A stretch of 64,000 nt of DNA from an uncultured Sutterella sp. (GCA_945834535.1 CAMAHM010000002.1:14829-78828), one strand, 5' to 3'. Numbered from the stretch's first letter, positions 1 through 11,034 are shown. A program made the numbers and translations. The notes: generated by a model not told the origin, from the letters alone.

Positions 1-1038
1 CCTTCTTGAGATCCACAGGGATGATGAAGAGCGACAAACCCGCTCCCATGGCGATCACCGTGTCGCTCATGGGCTTGAAGGGCTGCGTGCCGAAGAGCTT
101 GAGAGGACGGATGACGGGACCGAACGTCCACAGCAGTGCGGCGATCACGAAGACGATCAGCACGGTCCATTCGCCGCGCGTGAGTCTGCCGATGGCCTTA
201 AGTTCACCGACCACCCATTCGCGGCCGCCAGGCAGCTCTCCGGGCAGTTCACGGAACAGGAAGTTGACGAGCATGAAGTAGGTGCCGGCCAAAAGCAAGA
301 TCACCACGGGCAGGGAAATCTGGAACCAGCCCACGAAGCTCACCACGTCGCCGTAGGTCTGTTCGACAAAACGCACGAAGATGCCGTTGGGGGGCGTACC
401 GATCAGAGTCGCGATACCGCCGAGCGAAGCTCCGTAGGCAATCGACAGGAGCAGACAGACACCGAAATTGCGCTCTGCATTGTCGATCGGCAGATCAGCG
501 CGCGTCGTGCGCACCACGCCCATAAGAGCCAGCGCGATGGGAAGCATCATGGCGGCGGTGGCGGTATTGGACACCCAGGCCGACAGAAAGGCCGTGGCCA
601 TCATAATGCCCAGAATGATCTGCTTGGGCTTGGTGCCGACCACACGGATCGTGAGCAGTGCGATGCGGCGGTCAAGCCCCCAGCGGGCAATGCCTGCAGC
701 GATCAAAAAGCCGCCCAAAAAGAGATAAATGGTGCTGTTGGCGTAGTTTTTGAGCGCATCGGCCGCGCTCGAGACGCCGAACAGCGGGAAGCACACGATC
801 GGCAAAAGCGCCGTCACCGCAAGCGGCACGGCTTCGGTGAACCACCAGGCGCCCATCCAGACCACCATGGCCAGGCAGGCGCGTGCTGCATGCGAAAGCG
901 TCGCGGCATTGCCGGCTGCGTTGGTGTACGTCTCAGGAAGGATGAAGTAGACCAACAAGCCCAAAAGGGGCCCGAGCGCCAGGGGCACGAGCTTGGATCT
1001 GGGACTAAGCGAGCCGTCTCGATTGCTGTCGTGGGACA
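1..1038 (-). CDS. DASS/SLC13-family Na+-coupled anion (di/tricarboxylate or sulfate) symporter; 3' part runs off the window
   Basis: Not in the ORF track because it leaves the window. Manual minus-strand translation from ATG 1038-1036 (GGGAGG 5 nt upstream) gives MSHDSNRDGSLSPRSKLVPLALGPLLGLLVYFILPE...LSAWVSNTATAAMMLPIA...LIGTPPNGIF. Multi-TM protein with the SNT hairpin motif typical of DASS carriers. The frame stays open to position 1. Confidence 0.8.
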
Positions 1039-1382
1039 TAAAAACCTCCCGAAGGTTTTGGGTTTAACCGGTGCACCCGACGGTTTCGGTGCACCGCACT
1101 CAAAGGAATTGCACATCCACTCCGGCAGACTGCACCGTCGCCGTCGAAGCGGTTGACAGATCCGCCGACATTGATCCAACACAGACTGTGTTAAGAGTGA
1201 TTTTTAGATTGATGGTAGTCAAGTACAACTAGGGGCACAAGCGCAATTTATAGGTGTTAATACAATATTTTCATACACCTTTTCACAATGTGAAAAGATT
1301 TGCCACACCAATGGGAAAGTCTTTAGGAGACACTGCTCAAGGCTTGCGCGCGAAGAAAAAAGCTCTGCCTCCCGCGTCCAAA

Positions 1383-1420
1383 GAAAAAAGCGCACCCGCC
1401 CAAACGAGCAGATGCGCTTT
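1383..1420 (-). terminator. possible rho-independent terminator downstream of frdC
   Basis: Minus strand: AAGCGCA...(18-nt loop)...TGCGCTT followed by TTTTTCTT, about 30 nt after the frdC stop. The large loop keeps confidence modest. Confidence 0.4.
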
Positions 1421-1450
1421 GTGTCCTTCTTTGAGGATTGAACGGATCGA

Positions 1451-2242
1451 TTACTTGTTGATCGACCAGACGTTCGTCGTGGTGTAGTGCTGCGAAGCGG
1501 CAGGCGTACCGGCCAGTTCAGCACCGTTGCTGTAGAAGGTCCAGGCAGTCAGAGACCCGCAGGCGATCATGGCCAGAGCCACCACCACCATGGTCTTGCG
1601 CAGACCGTGGGCACGACCCTTGACAACGTCCCACTTGACGGCGAGGCGGTACAGACCGATCATGCCGTGCAGTTCGGTGGCCACGAGGAAGATCAGCGTC
1701 CAGATCATGCCGTTGTGGTAGGTGTGAACGCTCGAGAGGTTGGCATCGATCGTCGAGGGAGCCGTAAGCATACCCATGACATGCGGGAACACCATGCCGG
1801 TCAGCACGACGGCCGTGCACAGCTGGATGAACCACAGCGAGGTGTCGGAGTGGTGCACGAGAGCCACGTGGCCGCGGATGTCACGGTACTGCTTGTAGGA
1901 GGTCGGGAAGCGGCGCAGAGCGCACAGAGCGTGGATGATCACGCACAGCGTGATGACGCCCACGAACACAAAGTGCAGCCAGGTCTGTTCAGCGCCGAAG
2001 ATGGGACGGCCGCCCGAAATCTGGCACAGATTCCAGAACACGTCCTTGCCGAGCTGGATGGAGCTCGTGAAGGCCATGTGGCAGAAGAGGAACAGGCCGA
2101 GGATCAGACCGGTCACGGACTGAGCGACGTCCACGTAGGCAGGCCACTTGCTGGCGCGCTTGGCATCGGTGAGTGCGACACCGGCGATGCATTCACCGCC
2201 CGTGGGGGTATGCGCAAACTTGATTTGTTCAGGGGTCGTCAT
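1451..2242 (-). CDS. frdC: dihaem cytochrome b membrane anchor of type-B fumarate reductase/succinate:quinone oxidoreductase (Wolinella/Campylobacter FrdC type)
   Basis: 263-aa ORF with five hydrophobic helices. Colinear with W. succinogenes FrdC as I remember it (GLFLFCHMAF, IIHALCALRRFP, HHSDTSLWFIQ, ELHGMIGLYRLAVKW). All four haem-ligand His contexts are present. AAGGAAA RBS before ATG 2242. Confidence 0.85.
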   Translation of the reverse strand: MTTPEQIKFAHTPTGGECIAGVALTDAKRASKWPAYVDVAQSVTGLILGLFLFCHMAFTSSIQLGKDVFWNLCQISGGRPIFGAEQTWLHFVFVGVITLCVIIHALCALRRFPTSYKQYRDIRGHVALVHHSDTSLWFIQLCTAVVLTGMVFPHVMGMLTAPSTIDANLSSVHTYHNGMIWTLIFLVATELHGMIGLYRLAVKWDVVKGRAHGLRKTMVVVALAMIACGSLTAWTFYSNGAELAGTPAASQHYTTTNVWSINK

Positions 2243-2348
2243 GACATTTTCCTTGAAATGAAATTGGGGTCAGACGGGAGCGCATTAAGTTCTTGTGGGC
2301 ACCCTCCGTCGCGTGGCGTAATCATGCTCCTTTCAGACTTTCTTAAGT

Positions 2349-2362
2349 TTGACAAATATCAA
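2349..2362 (-). promoter_or_regulatory. FNR/CRP-family box upstream of frdC
   Basis: TTGACAAATATCAA differs from the FNR consensus TTGAT-N4-ATCAA at one position. It is centred about 113 nt upstream of the frdC ATG in an AT-richer spacer. Confidence 0.45.
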
Positions 2363-2494
2363 TAAAGAGACTCTTCAATCCCATAGTTTGCTCAAAAAAA
2401 GCACTCTTTTTGAGGGTAATCCCGCAACAAATTCGCAAAAAAATCCATAACCCCTCCCAAAAGAACAGGGTTAACCCTGAATTTTTGTGAAAAA

Positions 2495-5395
2495 TTAGGC
2501 CTCGGTTGTCTTTTTGCTCTTTCTGCTGCGGGCCGCAGAAGCTTTGCGCCGGACGCCGGCAGGCTTTACGGCGGGCGCTGCGCCGACCTGCATCGCTTCG
2601 GCAAGGCACCTTCCGGTCAAACTTTGGCTGCAGGCCAAAAGTTCGGTGGGCGTTCCTTCAAACACGATCTCGCCGCCGCGAGCTCCCCCTTCGGGCCCGA
2701 CGTCGACCACCCAGTCGGCCCCCGCCACCACGTCGAGGTTGTGTTCGATCACCACCACCGTGTTGCCTAGATCCGTCAGGCGCCGCAAAACCTTCATGAG
2801 GGCGGCAACATCATCAAAGTGCAACCCCGTTGTCGGCTCGTCGAGCACGTAAATGGTTTTGCCGGTGTCGCGTCGGGCCAACTCGTCGGCAAGCTTGATG
2901 CGCTGCGCCTCACCGCCTGAGAGCGTGACGGCGCTCTGCCCGAGCCCGATATAGCCGAGCCCCACGTCCGAGAGCGTCTGCAGGCGTCGAGCGATCACCG
3001 GTTGCGCGGAGAAAAACTCGAGCGCCTCGTCGACCGTCATATCGAGCACGTCGGCAATCGACTTACCCTTGAATTTGACTTCGAGAGTTTCGCGGTTGAA
3101 ACGCCGTCCGCGGCAGGTCGGACACGTCACGTACACGGGCGGCAGAATGCCCATTTCAATCTTGGTCTGCCCGTCACCACCGCAGGCTTCACAGCTCCCG
3201 CCTTCGGCATTGAAGGAAAAACGCCCCGGACCGTAGCCGCGCTGCTGCGCGGCCGGCGTCTGCGCAAACAGCTCTCGAATGGCCGTCATGACTCCGGTGT
3301 AGGTGGCCGGATTCGAGCGGGGCGTGCGACCGATCGGCGACTGATCAACTTCGATGATCTTGTCAAAATAGTCGACTCCCTCGATTTCTTCAAAGGGAAG
3401 GGACTCGCACTGCGCGCGGTTAAGGCGCCGCTTCAGATGCGCCGCCAGCGTGTCGTTGACAAGACTCGACTTGCCCGAGCCTGAAACCCCCGTGACCACG
3501 CTGAGCGCTCCGACGGGAAAGCGGCAGGTCACATTTTTAAGGTTGTGCCCCGTCGCCCCCTTTAAAACCAATGCGGGCGAAGTAGACGTAAACATTCCCT
3601 CGCGGGCCGTGTTGATGATCGTCCGATCGGCGCGGCTCAGCCAGCGTCCGGTACGCGACGCAGGGCATGCGCATACCTCTTCGAGCGTGCCGGCCGCCAC
3701 TACGCTGCCGCCCTGCACGCCCGCCCCCGGCCCCATGTCGACAATCCAGTCGGCGGCAAGCATCATTTCCGGATCGTGTTCAACGACGATCACGCTGTTG
3801 CCGAGGTCCGCAAGCGCCCGCAACGTCTGAATGACCCTGCGCGTGTCGCGCTGATGCAGTCCGATCGTGGGCTCGTCAAGAATATAGGTCACCCCCGTCA
3901 GGCCCGCACCAACCTGCCCGGCAAGACGAATGCGCTGCACTTCACCCCCCGAGAGCGTGGCCGCAGGCCGATCAAGGGTGAGGTACCCGAGCCCCACGTT
4001 GACGAGGAACCCCACGCGCTTGATCACCTCCTCCAAAAGGGGCGCGGCAATGCAGGCGCGGCGCTCGTCAAAAGAGAGCGTTCTCAGGTGTTCAAGCAGC
4101 CGATCGAGCGGCATGGCCAAAAGCTCGAGCATGGTGCTCCTTTTGTCCGGTGTGCCGATGTAGATGTGGGCAACTTCGGAGCGGTGCCGCGCTCCGCCGC
4201 AGGCCGAACACGTCATCACGCGCCGCATCACGCGCATGCCGACACGCACGGCTTCGCTGCGCGCACTCTTCCACTGCTTTTCGAGCATCGGAATTGCGCC
4301 GGCAAAATCGGAGAGCTCCTGCAACTCGGGCGTCTTTTGGCCGTACATCACAAAGGCCTTCGCCTTTTCGGGCAGCTCGCAAAAAGGCACGTCGAGCGAC
4401 CAGTCCATGGCAGCAAACACTCGACTGATTTCATCGAAATTATTCTTCTGACTGGGCGTGCAGCCGCATACCGCCCCGCGCCGCAGGCTGATCGCGCCGT
4501 CGCGCAGCACAAGATCCGGATCAAACCCCTCAACGGAACCTGCGCCTTCGCAACGCGGACAGGCCCCCAGAGGATTGTTGAACGAAAACATGGCCGGCAC
4601 GAGATCGGGCATGGTTGCCCCGCACGTCGGACAGCAGTAGCGGGTATGAAAACGGTGCATCACCCCCGTTTGCATATTGAGATAAAAGGCAAGGCCCTCA
4701 CCCGCCTTGACCGCCGTCTCGAAACTGTCCGCAAGACGTGCTCTCTGAGCGTCGGAACTCTTCAATCGGTCGATGACAAGCTCAATTTCCCAGGCCCCCG
4801 CCTTCTCGGCAAGCATTTCGGCGGGAATGTCTTCGAGCGTGTAGATCGTGCCGTCGATGCGCACGCGCGCATAGCCCTTGGCGGCAAACTTTTCGACGGC
4901 CGTCCTGAGCGGCATGTCAAAGGGCACACGAGGGTCGCAGAGAATTGCAATGCGCGTCCCTTCGGGCTCGGCCAACACGGCGTCGACCATATCGTGGATG
5001 CCGCTCTTAGCTAAAGGCACATCATGCTCGGGGCAATAGGGAACCCCCGCGCGGGCAAACAGAATGCGCAGATAGTCGTTGACTTCGGTCATCGTGCCCA
5101 CGGTCGAGCGGGCGCCGGCAGGCGCGCTGTGCTGCTCGATGGCAATCGAGGGGGAAAGACCCTCGATAGACTCCACATCGGGCTTGTCGAGCACTTCCAT
5201 GAAGCGGCGGGCGTAGCTCGACAGACTTTCGGCGTAGCGCCTCTGGCTTTCGGCATAGAGCGTATCGAACGCAATCGAGCTTTTACCCGAGCCCGAAAGC
5301 CCGGTAATCACGACGATTTTGCCTCGGGGAATGTCAAGGTCGACATTTTTGAGATTATGGGTGCGGGCACCCCGAATGCGAATGAAGTCCTGCAT
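2495..5395 (-). CDS. uvrA: excinuclease ABC subunit A
   Basis: Track ORF 2495-5479 trimmed to ATG 5395 ([40 protein letters not shown]). Two ABC ATPase modules (second Walker [10 protein letters not shown]) and Cys-pair zinc modules (CPTCG...CPRCEG; CEACGG...CPTCRG). Confidence 0.97.
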   Translation of the reverse strand: MQDFIRIRGARTHNLKNVDLDIPRGKIVVITGLSGSGKSSIAFDTLYAESQRRYAESLSSYARRFMEVLDKPDVESIEGLSPSIAIEQHSAPAGARSTVGTMTEVNDYLRILFARAGVPYCPEHDVPLAKSGIHDMVDAVLAEPEGTRIAILCDPRVPFDMPLRTAVEKFAAKGYARVRIDGTIYTLEDIPAEMLAEKAGAWEIELVIDRLKSSDAQRARLADSFETAVKAGEGLAFYLNMQTGVMHRFHTRYCCPTCGATMPDLVPAMFSFNNPLGACPRCEGAGSVEGFDPDLVLRDGAISLRRGAVCGCTPSQKNNFDEISRVFAAMDWSLDVPFCELPEKAKAFVMYGQKTPELQELSDFAGAIPMLEKQWKSARSEAVRVGMRVMRRVMTCSACGGARHRSEVAHIYIGTPDKRSTMLELLAMPLDRLLEHLRTLSFDERRACIAAPLLEEVIKRVGFLVNVGLGYLTLDRPAATLSGGEVQRIRLAGQVGAGLTGVTYILDEPTIGLHQRDTRRVIQTLRALADLGNSVIVVEHDPEMMLAADWIVDMGPGAGVQGGSVVAAGTLEEVCACPASRTGRWLSRADRTIINTAREGMFTSTSPALVLKGATGHNLKNVTCRFPVGALSVVTGVSGSGKSSLVNDTLAAHLKRRLNRAQCESLPFEEIEGVDYFDKIIEVDQSPIGRTPRSNPATYTGVMTAIRELFAQTPAAQQRGYGPGRFSFNAEGGSCEACGGDGQTKIEMGILPPVYVTCPTCRGRRFNRETLEVKFKGKSIADVLDMTVDEALEFFSAQPVIARRLQTLSDVGLGYIGLGQSAVTLSGGEAQRIKLADELARRDTGKTIYVLDEPTTGLHFDDVAALMKVLRRLTDLGNTVVVIEHNLDVVAGADWVVDVGPEGGARGGEIVFEGTPTELLACSQSLTGRCLAEAMQVGAAPAVKPAGVRRKASAARSRKSKKTTEA

Positions 5396-5912
5396 GAAAC
5401 TCAACAACAAGAAGCTTTGTGTGCGAAAGCCAAGGAATGCGCTTGGGAGTACACGGATTTGAGGAGCCGCGCCGCGCACTCAAAGAAGTGCCGTATCCAC
5501 CGCGTCAACAGTCGGACAGGCGGGTGTAGAACACGAACGGCTCTACGGATTCTCGGCATGCGGCGGCCACAATGAGCGAGCAACCGAGGCGAGCGCATTG
5601 TAGGGACTGCCCTGAGTGTTTTCAAACCGCCGAACGAGGTTTCTTTTGGTTCGGATTTTCCCGTTTTAGACAGCAAACTGCTTCAGCTCAGCAATATTGA
5701 ACTGCTCGCATTGGAACAGAAGGCGGAGCATTTCTTGAATTTCAATCCGCAATACCGCACGTACGAAAAGAGGTCCTCGGCGCGGTCGCCGTCCGAACTG
5801 TCTTCAGATACGCCTTTGCCGTTGAAACACTCACTGCTTCAGGCGGCCGCCTTAAGATCGAACGCAAACGAGCAGACTAATATTGCGCACGACTTTTTTT
5901 GGCGTCCTCGTA

Positions 5913-7160
5913 ATGACCAATGCTTCATACACCTCGGGCCGTCCTCGCGGCGTCGGTTCCCGCTTTCTGCCTCAGGAGCGCCTGAGCACCCTTTCGCTGG
6001 GCGGAATCTTTGCGCTGCGCATGCTCGGGCTCTTTCTGATTCTTCCTGTGTTTTCCCTCTGGGCGCGCACACTGCCGGGCGGGGATGATGCCTTTTTGGT
6101 CGGACTCGCGTTCGGCATCTACGGTCTCACACAGGGGATTTTGCAGATTCCCTTCGGTGCGGCGAGCGACACGTACGGGCGCAAACGCGTCATCGTTATC
6201 GGCCTTCTTCTCTTTGTCGCCGGAAGTGTTCTGGCAGCCCTGTCCCCCGACATCTGGTGGGTGATGGCAGGGCGCGCGCTGCAGGGCGCGGGCGCCGTCT
6301 CGGCTGCCGTCACGGCCATGCTCTCGGACAGCGTGCGCGACCGCGTGCTTACCAAAGCCATGGCGGTCGTGGGCGCCTCCATTGGCCTCACGTTTGCCTT
6401 TTCGCTTGTCGTCTCGCCCGTGCTGTCGCACTACATCGGCGTGAGCGGCCTTTTCTGGCTGACGGCAGCCCTGAGCGCCGCGGCCATCGGCGTGACGATT
6501 TTTGTTGTGCCCGACGCACCGGTGCGCCGCGTGCAGGCCACGCAGACGATGCAGGAAAGTAAGCGCGACGTCATCCTCAACCCGCAGCTCTTTTTGCTCA
6601 ATCTGGGCGTCTTTAATCTGCATGTGGCGCTGATGGCTCTTTTTGTCGTCATTCCCCAGAAACTGGCCGACTTCGGCTTTGCCATGAACACGCACTGGAT
6701 GGTGTATCTGCCCGCCATCGCGCTTTCCTTCGGCGTCATGATGCCCGCCATCCGCCGCGCCGAAGCCGCAGGACGCATGAAGGCGCTCTTTTTGTACTCC
6801 ATCACGATTTTGGCCCTCACCTTTGTCGCGTTTGAATTATTTGCCTCGCACTGGCTTGTTGTCGAAGTCCTGCTTTTGGTATTCTTCTGCGGGTTCAATA
6901 TCCTTGAAGCTTCCCTGCCGTCGTTGGTTTCCAGAACGGCTCCGGCCCAGCATAAAGGACTGGCTCTCGGGGTGTACAACACCACTCAGTCTCTGGGACT
7001 TTTTGTCGGCGGTGCCGCAGGGGGATGGCTTTTCGGCCGTGCCGGAGAAGCCGGGGTGTATTTTTTCTGCGCAGCCCTGATGCTTGTCTGGGCAATGGCC
7101 GCATTGAAAATGCAGCCCCCCGCTCCTCGCCAAAGCGGGCAGGAAGTCAATCTGGGATAA
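5913..7160 (+). CDS. MFS transporter
   Basis: Track ORF starts at TTG 5883; ATG 5913 (MTNASY...) preferred. About 12 TM segments and the MFS loop 2-3 signature GAASDTYGRKRVI. The position between uvrA and ssb is common in betaproteobacteria. Confidence 0.85.
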   Translation: MTNASYTSGRPRGVGSRFLPQERLSTLSLGGIFALRMLGLFLILPVFSLWARTLPGGDDAFLVGLAFGIYGLTQGILQIPFGAASDTYGRKRVIVIGLLLFVAGSVLAALSPDIWWVMAGRALQGAGAVSAAVTAMLSDSVRDRVLTKAMAVVGASIGLTFAFSLVVSPVLSHYIGVSGLFWLTAALSAAAIGVTIFVVPDAPVRRVQATQTMQESKRDVILNPQLFLLNLGVFNLHVALMALFVVIPQKLADFGFAMNTHWMVYLPAIALSFGVMMPAIRRAEAAGRMKALFLYSITILALTFVAFELFASHWLVVEVLLLVFFCGFNILEASLPSLVSRTAPAQHKGLALGVYNTTQSLGLFVGGAAGGWLFGRAGEAGVYFFCAALMLVWAMAALKMQPPAPRQSGQEVNLG

Positions 7161-7198
7161 GGGGACAGTTTATTTTTTTGGTGATTTGAGTTTTTATC

Positions 7199-7684
7199 AT
7201 GGCTTCTGTTAACAAGGTTATTCTGCTCGGCAACCTCGGCCGGGATCCCGAAACGCGCTACACCGCCGACGGCGGCACTGCGATCTGCAATATCGCCGTT
7301 GCCACTTCCCGCCGCTACAAGAACAGTCAGGGCGAACTGCAGGAAGAAACCGAATGGCACCGCGTGGTCTTCTTCGGCCGTCAGGCTGAAGTGGCCCAGA
7401 CCTACCTGCGCAAGGGCAATCCCGTCTACATCGAAGGCCGTCTGCGTACGCGCCGCTGGCAGGATCAGGAAGGCAAAGACCGCTACCAGACCGAAATCAT
7501 CTGCGAAACCATGCAGTTGCTCGGCTCGCGCAATCAGAGTTCGCAGCACTCGGGCGATGACTCGTTCGAGCAGAGCTACCAGCCGCGTCCGCAGTCGCGT
7601 CCGGCTCCCGTCGCCCGCCCCGTGCAGAGCGCGCCGCAGTCGGTGACGCCCGATACGATCGCCGACGATGATGTTCCGTTCTAA
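7199..7684 (+). CDS. ssb: single-stranded DNA-binding protein
   Basis: OB-fold N-terminus [22 protein letters not shown]...[11 protein letters not shown]-rich linker and acidic tip DDDVPF. Confidence 0.97.
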   Translation: MASVNKVILLGNLGRDPETRYTADGGTAICNIAVATSRRYKNSQGELQEETEWHRVVFFGRQAEVAQTYLRKGNPVYIEGRLRTRRWQDQEGKDRYQTEIICETMQLLGSRNQSSQHSGDDSFEQSYQPRPQSRPAPVARPVQSAPQSVTPDTIADDDVPF

Positions 7685-7708
7685 TCGGGCATCCTGCAGC
7701 TTTTAACT

Positions 7709-7745
7709 AAAACGGGAAGTGCACCGCCGCATTTCCCGTTTTTTG
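7709..7745. terminator. bidirectional rho-independent terminator (ssb / ABC permease, convergent)
   Basis: AAAACGGGAAGT-GCACCGCCGC-ATTTCCCGTTTTTTG: A-run, GC-rich stem, then T-run. Confidence 0.7.
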
Positions 7746-7767
7746 TTGCATCTCCGATGCGCGCGCC

Positions 7768-8973
7768 TTATTCGTGTCGCACAGCTTCAATCGGATCGAG
7801 GGCCGCGGCCCTTCTGGCCGGGAAAAAGCCGAAGACGATCCCCGTAAAGGCGGCAAAACCGAAGCTGATCATGTTGATCGCAGGATCGAACTCAAAGGGC
7901 ACGGCCATGGCCGATGTCAATCCCCAGGACGCGGCCAGGGCAATCACGATACCCAGCAGCCCCCCCATGCAGCCCAGCACCACCGCCTCGATCAAAAACT
8001 GCATGAGCACCTCGCGGGCCGTCGCACCGATGGCCATGCGAACACCGATTTCGCGCGTGCGCTCGGTTACGGATACGAGCATGATGTTCATGATGCCGAT
8101 ACCGCCCACAAGAAGACTCACGGCGGCCACAGCCCCTAAAAGCCCGGTCATGACCTTCGTTGTGGAGGCCACCTTTTCGGCCACTTCGGCCGTATCGAGA
8201 ATGCTGAAGTTGTCTTCGTCGCCCGAAGAAAGTGAACGGCGCTCACGCATCAGTTGGCGAATCGAAGTCTTGAGATGCTCTCGATCGCTCTGCGGGTCCA
8301 TGCCGATCAGAATCATGTTGACGCGGTCCTTGCCGACAAGTCGCCTTGCCACCGTTTGAAAAGGCAGCACGACAAGATCGTCCTGATCTCCCCCCATGGC
8401 GCCGGTCCCCTTTTCCTCGAGCACGCCGATGATGCGGCAGGAAAATTTCTTGACGCGCAGCATCTGTCCGAGCGCATTGCCGTCACCGAAGAGTTCGCGC
8501 ACAACAGTGCGCCCGACCACGCACACCGCGGCGCCGGACGTTTCCTCGGCAGCCTCAAAAAGCCGCCCCTGCGCAAGTTTGCGGTTGTCGATCGTAAAGT
8601 AGGCGTTGCTCGTACCCACCGCACTCGTCGACCAGTTGCGGCCGTTGGCCACCACGACGGTGCTGCGGCTCAGCTGCGGAGCTGCACTTTCAACCCCGGC
8701 CAGCTGTCCGGTGAGCGCGTCGATGTCCGAGAGCTTGAATGCGGGCGCACCGGCCGATCCGCCCGGCCCCATGCGCTGTCCGGGGCGCAGCATCAGCTGA
8801 TTGCTGCCGAAGCTTTCGATCTGCTGACGCACGGCCGTGGTCGCACCGTTGCCGAGCGTCACCATGGTAATCACCGCCGCCACGCCGATGACGATGCCGA
8901 GCACCGTCAGCAGCGAGCGCATGGGATTGCGCCAAATCTGACGAAAAGCGAGCAATAGAGCGTTGGCAAACAT
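7768..8973 (-). CDS. ABC transporter permease, MacB/FtsX type
   Basis: 401 aa. N-terminal TM (MRSLLTVLGIVIGVAAVI), large periplasmic domain and a C-terminal FtsX-like 3-TM bundle. Last gene of a four-gene efflux operon. Confidence 0.9.
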   Translation of the reverse strand: MFANALLLAFRQIWRNPMRSLLTVLGIVIGVAAVITMVTLGNGATTAVRQQIESFGSNQLMLRPGQRMGPGGSAGAPAFKLSDIDALTGQLAGVESAAPQLSRSTVVVANGRNWSTSAVGTSNAYFTIDNRKLAQGRLFEAAEETSGAAVCVVGRTVVRELFGDGNALGQMLRVKKFSCRIIGVLEEKGTGAMGGDQDDLVVLPFQTVARRLVGKDRVNMILIGMDPQSDREHLKTSIRQLMRERRSLSSGDEDNFSILDTAEVAEKVASTTKVMTGLLGAVAAVSLLVGGIGIMNIMLVSVTERTREIGVRMAIGATAREVLMQFLIEAVVLGCMGGLLGIVIALAASWGLTSAMAVPFEFDPAINMISFGFAAFTGIVFGFFPARRAAALDPIEAVRHE

Positions 8974-8975
8974 TC

Positions 8976-9704
8976 CTATCGTCCCTGTTGCAAAGTATCC
9001 GAATCAATGCGGCCGTCGACGCAGCGCACGCAGCGGCGCGCGTACACGGCCATGTCGGGTTCGTGCGTCACCAGCACAACCGTAATGGCCTCTTCCCTGT
9101 TGAGGTCCGTGAGAAGCTGCATGATTTCCACACTGCGCTGTGAATCCAGGCTCCCCGTGGGCTCATCGGCCAAAAGCAGCAAAGGCTTGGTCACGAGCGC
9201 GCGGGCAATGGCCACTCGCTGCTGCTGACCGCCCGACAGCTCCGCAGGCGTATGGTGCTCCCACGCCGCCAATCCCACGCGATCGAGCGCGGCGCGCGCC
9301 AGACGGTGACGTTCGGCCGCAGGAACGCCTCGGTACAGCAAAGGGAGCTCCACGTTTTCAAGCGCCGTCGTACGGGCTAAAAGATTGAAGCCCTGAAACA
9401 CAAACCCCATGTAGCGGCGACGCAGCAGCGCCCGCTCGTCGCGCGTGAGCTTTTCAACGTGCAGTCCCTTAAAGAGATATTCACCGCGACTCGGACTGTC
9501 CAGAGCGCCGATGATGTTCATCATCGTCGACTTGCCCGACCCCGAAGGGCCCATGATGGCCACGAATTCCCCCTGCCGAATCTGCAGATCAACCCCCTTA
9601 AGTGCTTCAAAGGAGGCTTCGCCCGTGCCGTAGCGCTTGCCGATTTGTTTAAATTCGATGAGCGTCCCGTCCTCGACGGGAGGCGTCCCTTGAAGTGTCT
9701 GCAT
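8976..9704 (-). CDS. ABC transporter ATP-binding protein (MacB/LolD-like)
   Basis: Walker A GPSGSGKST, signature LSGGQQQRVAIARAL, Walker B LLLADEPTGSLD. Its stop lies 2 nt before the permease ATG. Confidence 0.95.
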   Translation of the reverse strand: MQTLQGTPPVEDGTLIEFKQIGKRYGTGEASFEALKGVDLQIRQGEFVAIMGPSGSGKSTMMNIIGALDSPSRGEYLFKGLHVEKLTRDERALLRRRYMGFVFQGFNLLARTTALENVELPLLYRGVPAAERHRLARAALDRVGLAAWEHHTPAELSGGQQQRVAIARALVTKPLLLLADEPTGSLDSQRSVEIMQLLTDLNREEAITVVLVTHEPDMAVYARRCVRCVDGRIDSDTLQQGR

Positions 9705-9747
9705 GCCTATCTCGCCCCAACCAGTTAATTAGCACTGTTATCTGCCG

Positions 9748-11025
9748 TCACGGACGGGCCTTGAGCTGATCGACGATCACCTTGTCGCCTTCCTTAAAGT
9801 CCGACGACACGATTTCGGTCATGCGCCCGTCGGTAAGTCCCGTCACAACCTTGCGCGGCTGCGCGCGGCCGTCCTCGCCCACCACGTAAACGGTCTGCGT
9901 GCGCTCGCTTTGATTGAGCGAGAGCTGCTTGCCGCTCTTGCGCCCCTTGGACCGCATGGGCGGCATCATCGCCGAGACGGCCACGCCGCCCGAAGCGGCC
10001 TGCTCGCGCGGCTGAAAGCGCAGAGCCGTGTTGGGCACCAGAAGCACGTTCTTCTTGGCGGCCGTTTCGATGGTCGCAGTGGCCGTCATCCCGGGGCGCA
10101 GCGCAAGTTGCGGGTTCTTGACCATCAGGTAGGTTGCATAAGTCACCACATTGTCGCTCGAGTCGGTGGCTCCGAAGGCGATCTTCGTCAGATCGGCTTT
10201 AAAGTGCTTGTTGGGATAGCTGGCCACGGTAAAGCTCGCCTTCTGCCCTTCGTGTACCTGCCCGACGTCGGCTTCGTCAACATCGACCAAAAGCTCAAGT
10301 TCACGCAGATCGGTTGCCACCGTCAGAAGTTCCACGGCCTGCAAACTGGCGGCCACGGCGTAGCCGGGCTCAACCGAGCGTGCAAGCACCACGCCGTCCA
10401 CGGGACTCTTGATGCTTGCCTTGGACAGATCGGTGCGGCGCGTCTGAAGCGTTGCCTCGGCGTCTTCGATCGCGGCCTTGGCCGACAGCACACCGGCTTT
10501 TGCCTTAAGTACGGTCGCCTTCTGCACATCGAGTTCGGTGCGCGAGGGAAGCTGTCCGCCCGACGACTTATTGAGCTCCTCGTAGCGGCGCATCTTGGCG
10601 TTGGCTTCAACAAGCGTTGCCTCGGCCTGCGCAAGCGAAGCCTTGGCGCTCGAAAGGGCCGCCTGAGCCTGGTTGACGCTGGCACTCAGCTTGGCCTTGT
10701 CGAGTTCGATCAGCGTGTCGCCCGCCTTGACGGGGCTATTGACGTCCACGAGCACCGACTGCACGATGCCCGACAGTTCGCTGCCGATGCTCACTGTGCG
10801 CACGGGGTTGAGCGTGCCGTTGGCCGTCACCGTAACGCGAATGTCGCCGCGCTCGAGTGCTTCGGTGCGGTAGGCGGGCGCCTTGCCCGCTCCAGTTCCG
10901 GTCAGATACCAGCCCGCGGCCCCGACGAGCGCGAGGGCGACAAGCGCTCCGCAAATCTTGACCTTGAGCGAAACGCCGCTGCCGCTTTTGAGATCATCCT
11001 TGGTAAGAGTGGAGTTTTGAGACAT
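9748..11025 (-). CDS. periplasmic adaptor (HlyD/MacA-family membrane fusion protein)
   Basis: 425 aa. N-terminal membrane anchor (ICGALVALALVGAAGWYL), long coiled-coil hairpin (AQAALSSAKASLAQAEATLVEANAK...) and C-terminal beta-barrel region. Confidence 0.9.
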   Translation of the reverse strand: MSQNSTLTKDDLKSGSGVSLKVKICGALVALALVGAAGWYLTGTGAGKAPAYRTEALERGDIRVTVTANGTLNPVRTVSIGSELSGIVQSVLVDVNSPVKAGDTLIELDKAKLSASVNQAQAALSSAKASLAQAEATLVEANAKMRRYEELNKSSGGQLPSRTELDVQKATVLKAKAGVLSAKAAIEDAEATLQTRRTDLSKASIKSPVDGVVLARSVEPGYAVAASLQAVELLTVATDLRELELLVDVDEADVGQVHEGQKASFTVASYPNKHFKADLTKIAFGATDSSDNVVTYATYLMVKNPQLALRPGMTATATIETAAKKNVLLVPNTALRFQPREQAASGGVAVSAMMPPMRSKGRKSGKQLSLNQSERTQTVYVVGEDGRAQPRKVVTGLTDGRMTEIVSSDFKEGDKVIVDQLKARP

Positions 11026-11034
11026 CTTGATTCC

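Noticed and set aside
5396-5912. 517-bp uvrA / MFS-ssb divergent spacer, searched for an SOS (LexA) box CTGT-N8-ACAG and for a small gene or sRNA.
   Set aside because: Only imperfect matches were found (CTGC-N7-CAGC, CTG-N12-CAG). The ORFs here (5401-5676 minus, 5711-6088 plus) are low-complexity or run out of frame into the MFS gene. There is nothing I can support beyond it being a long promoter region.
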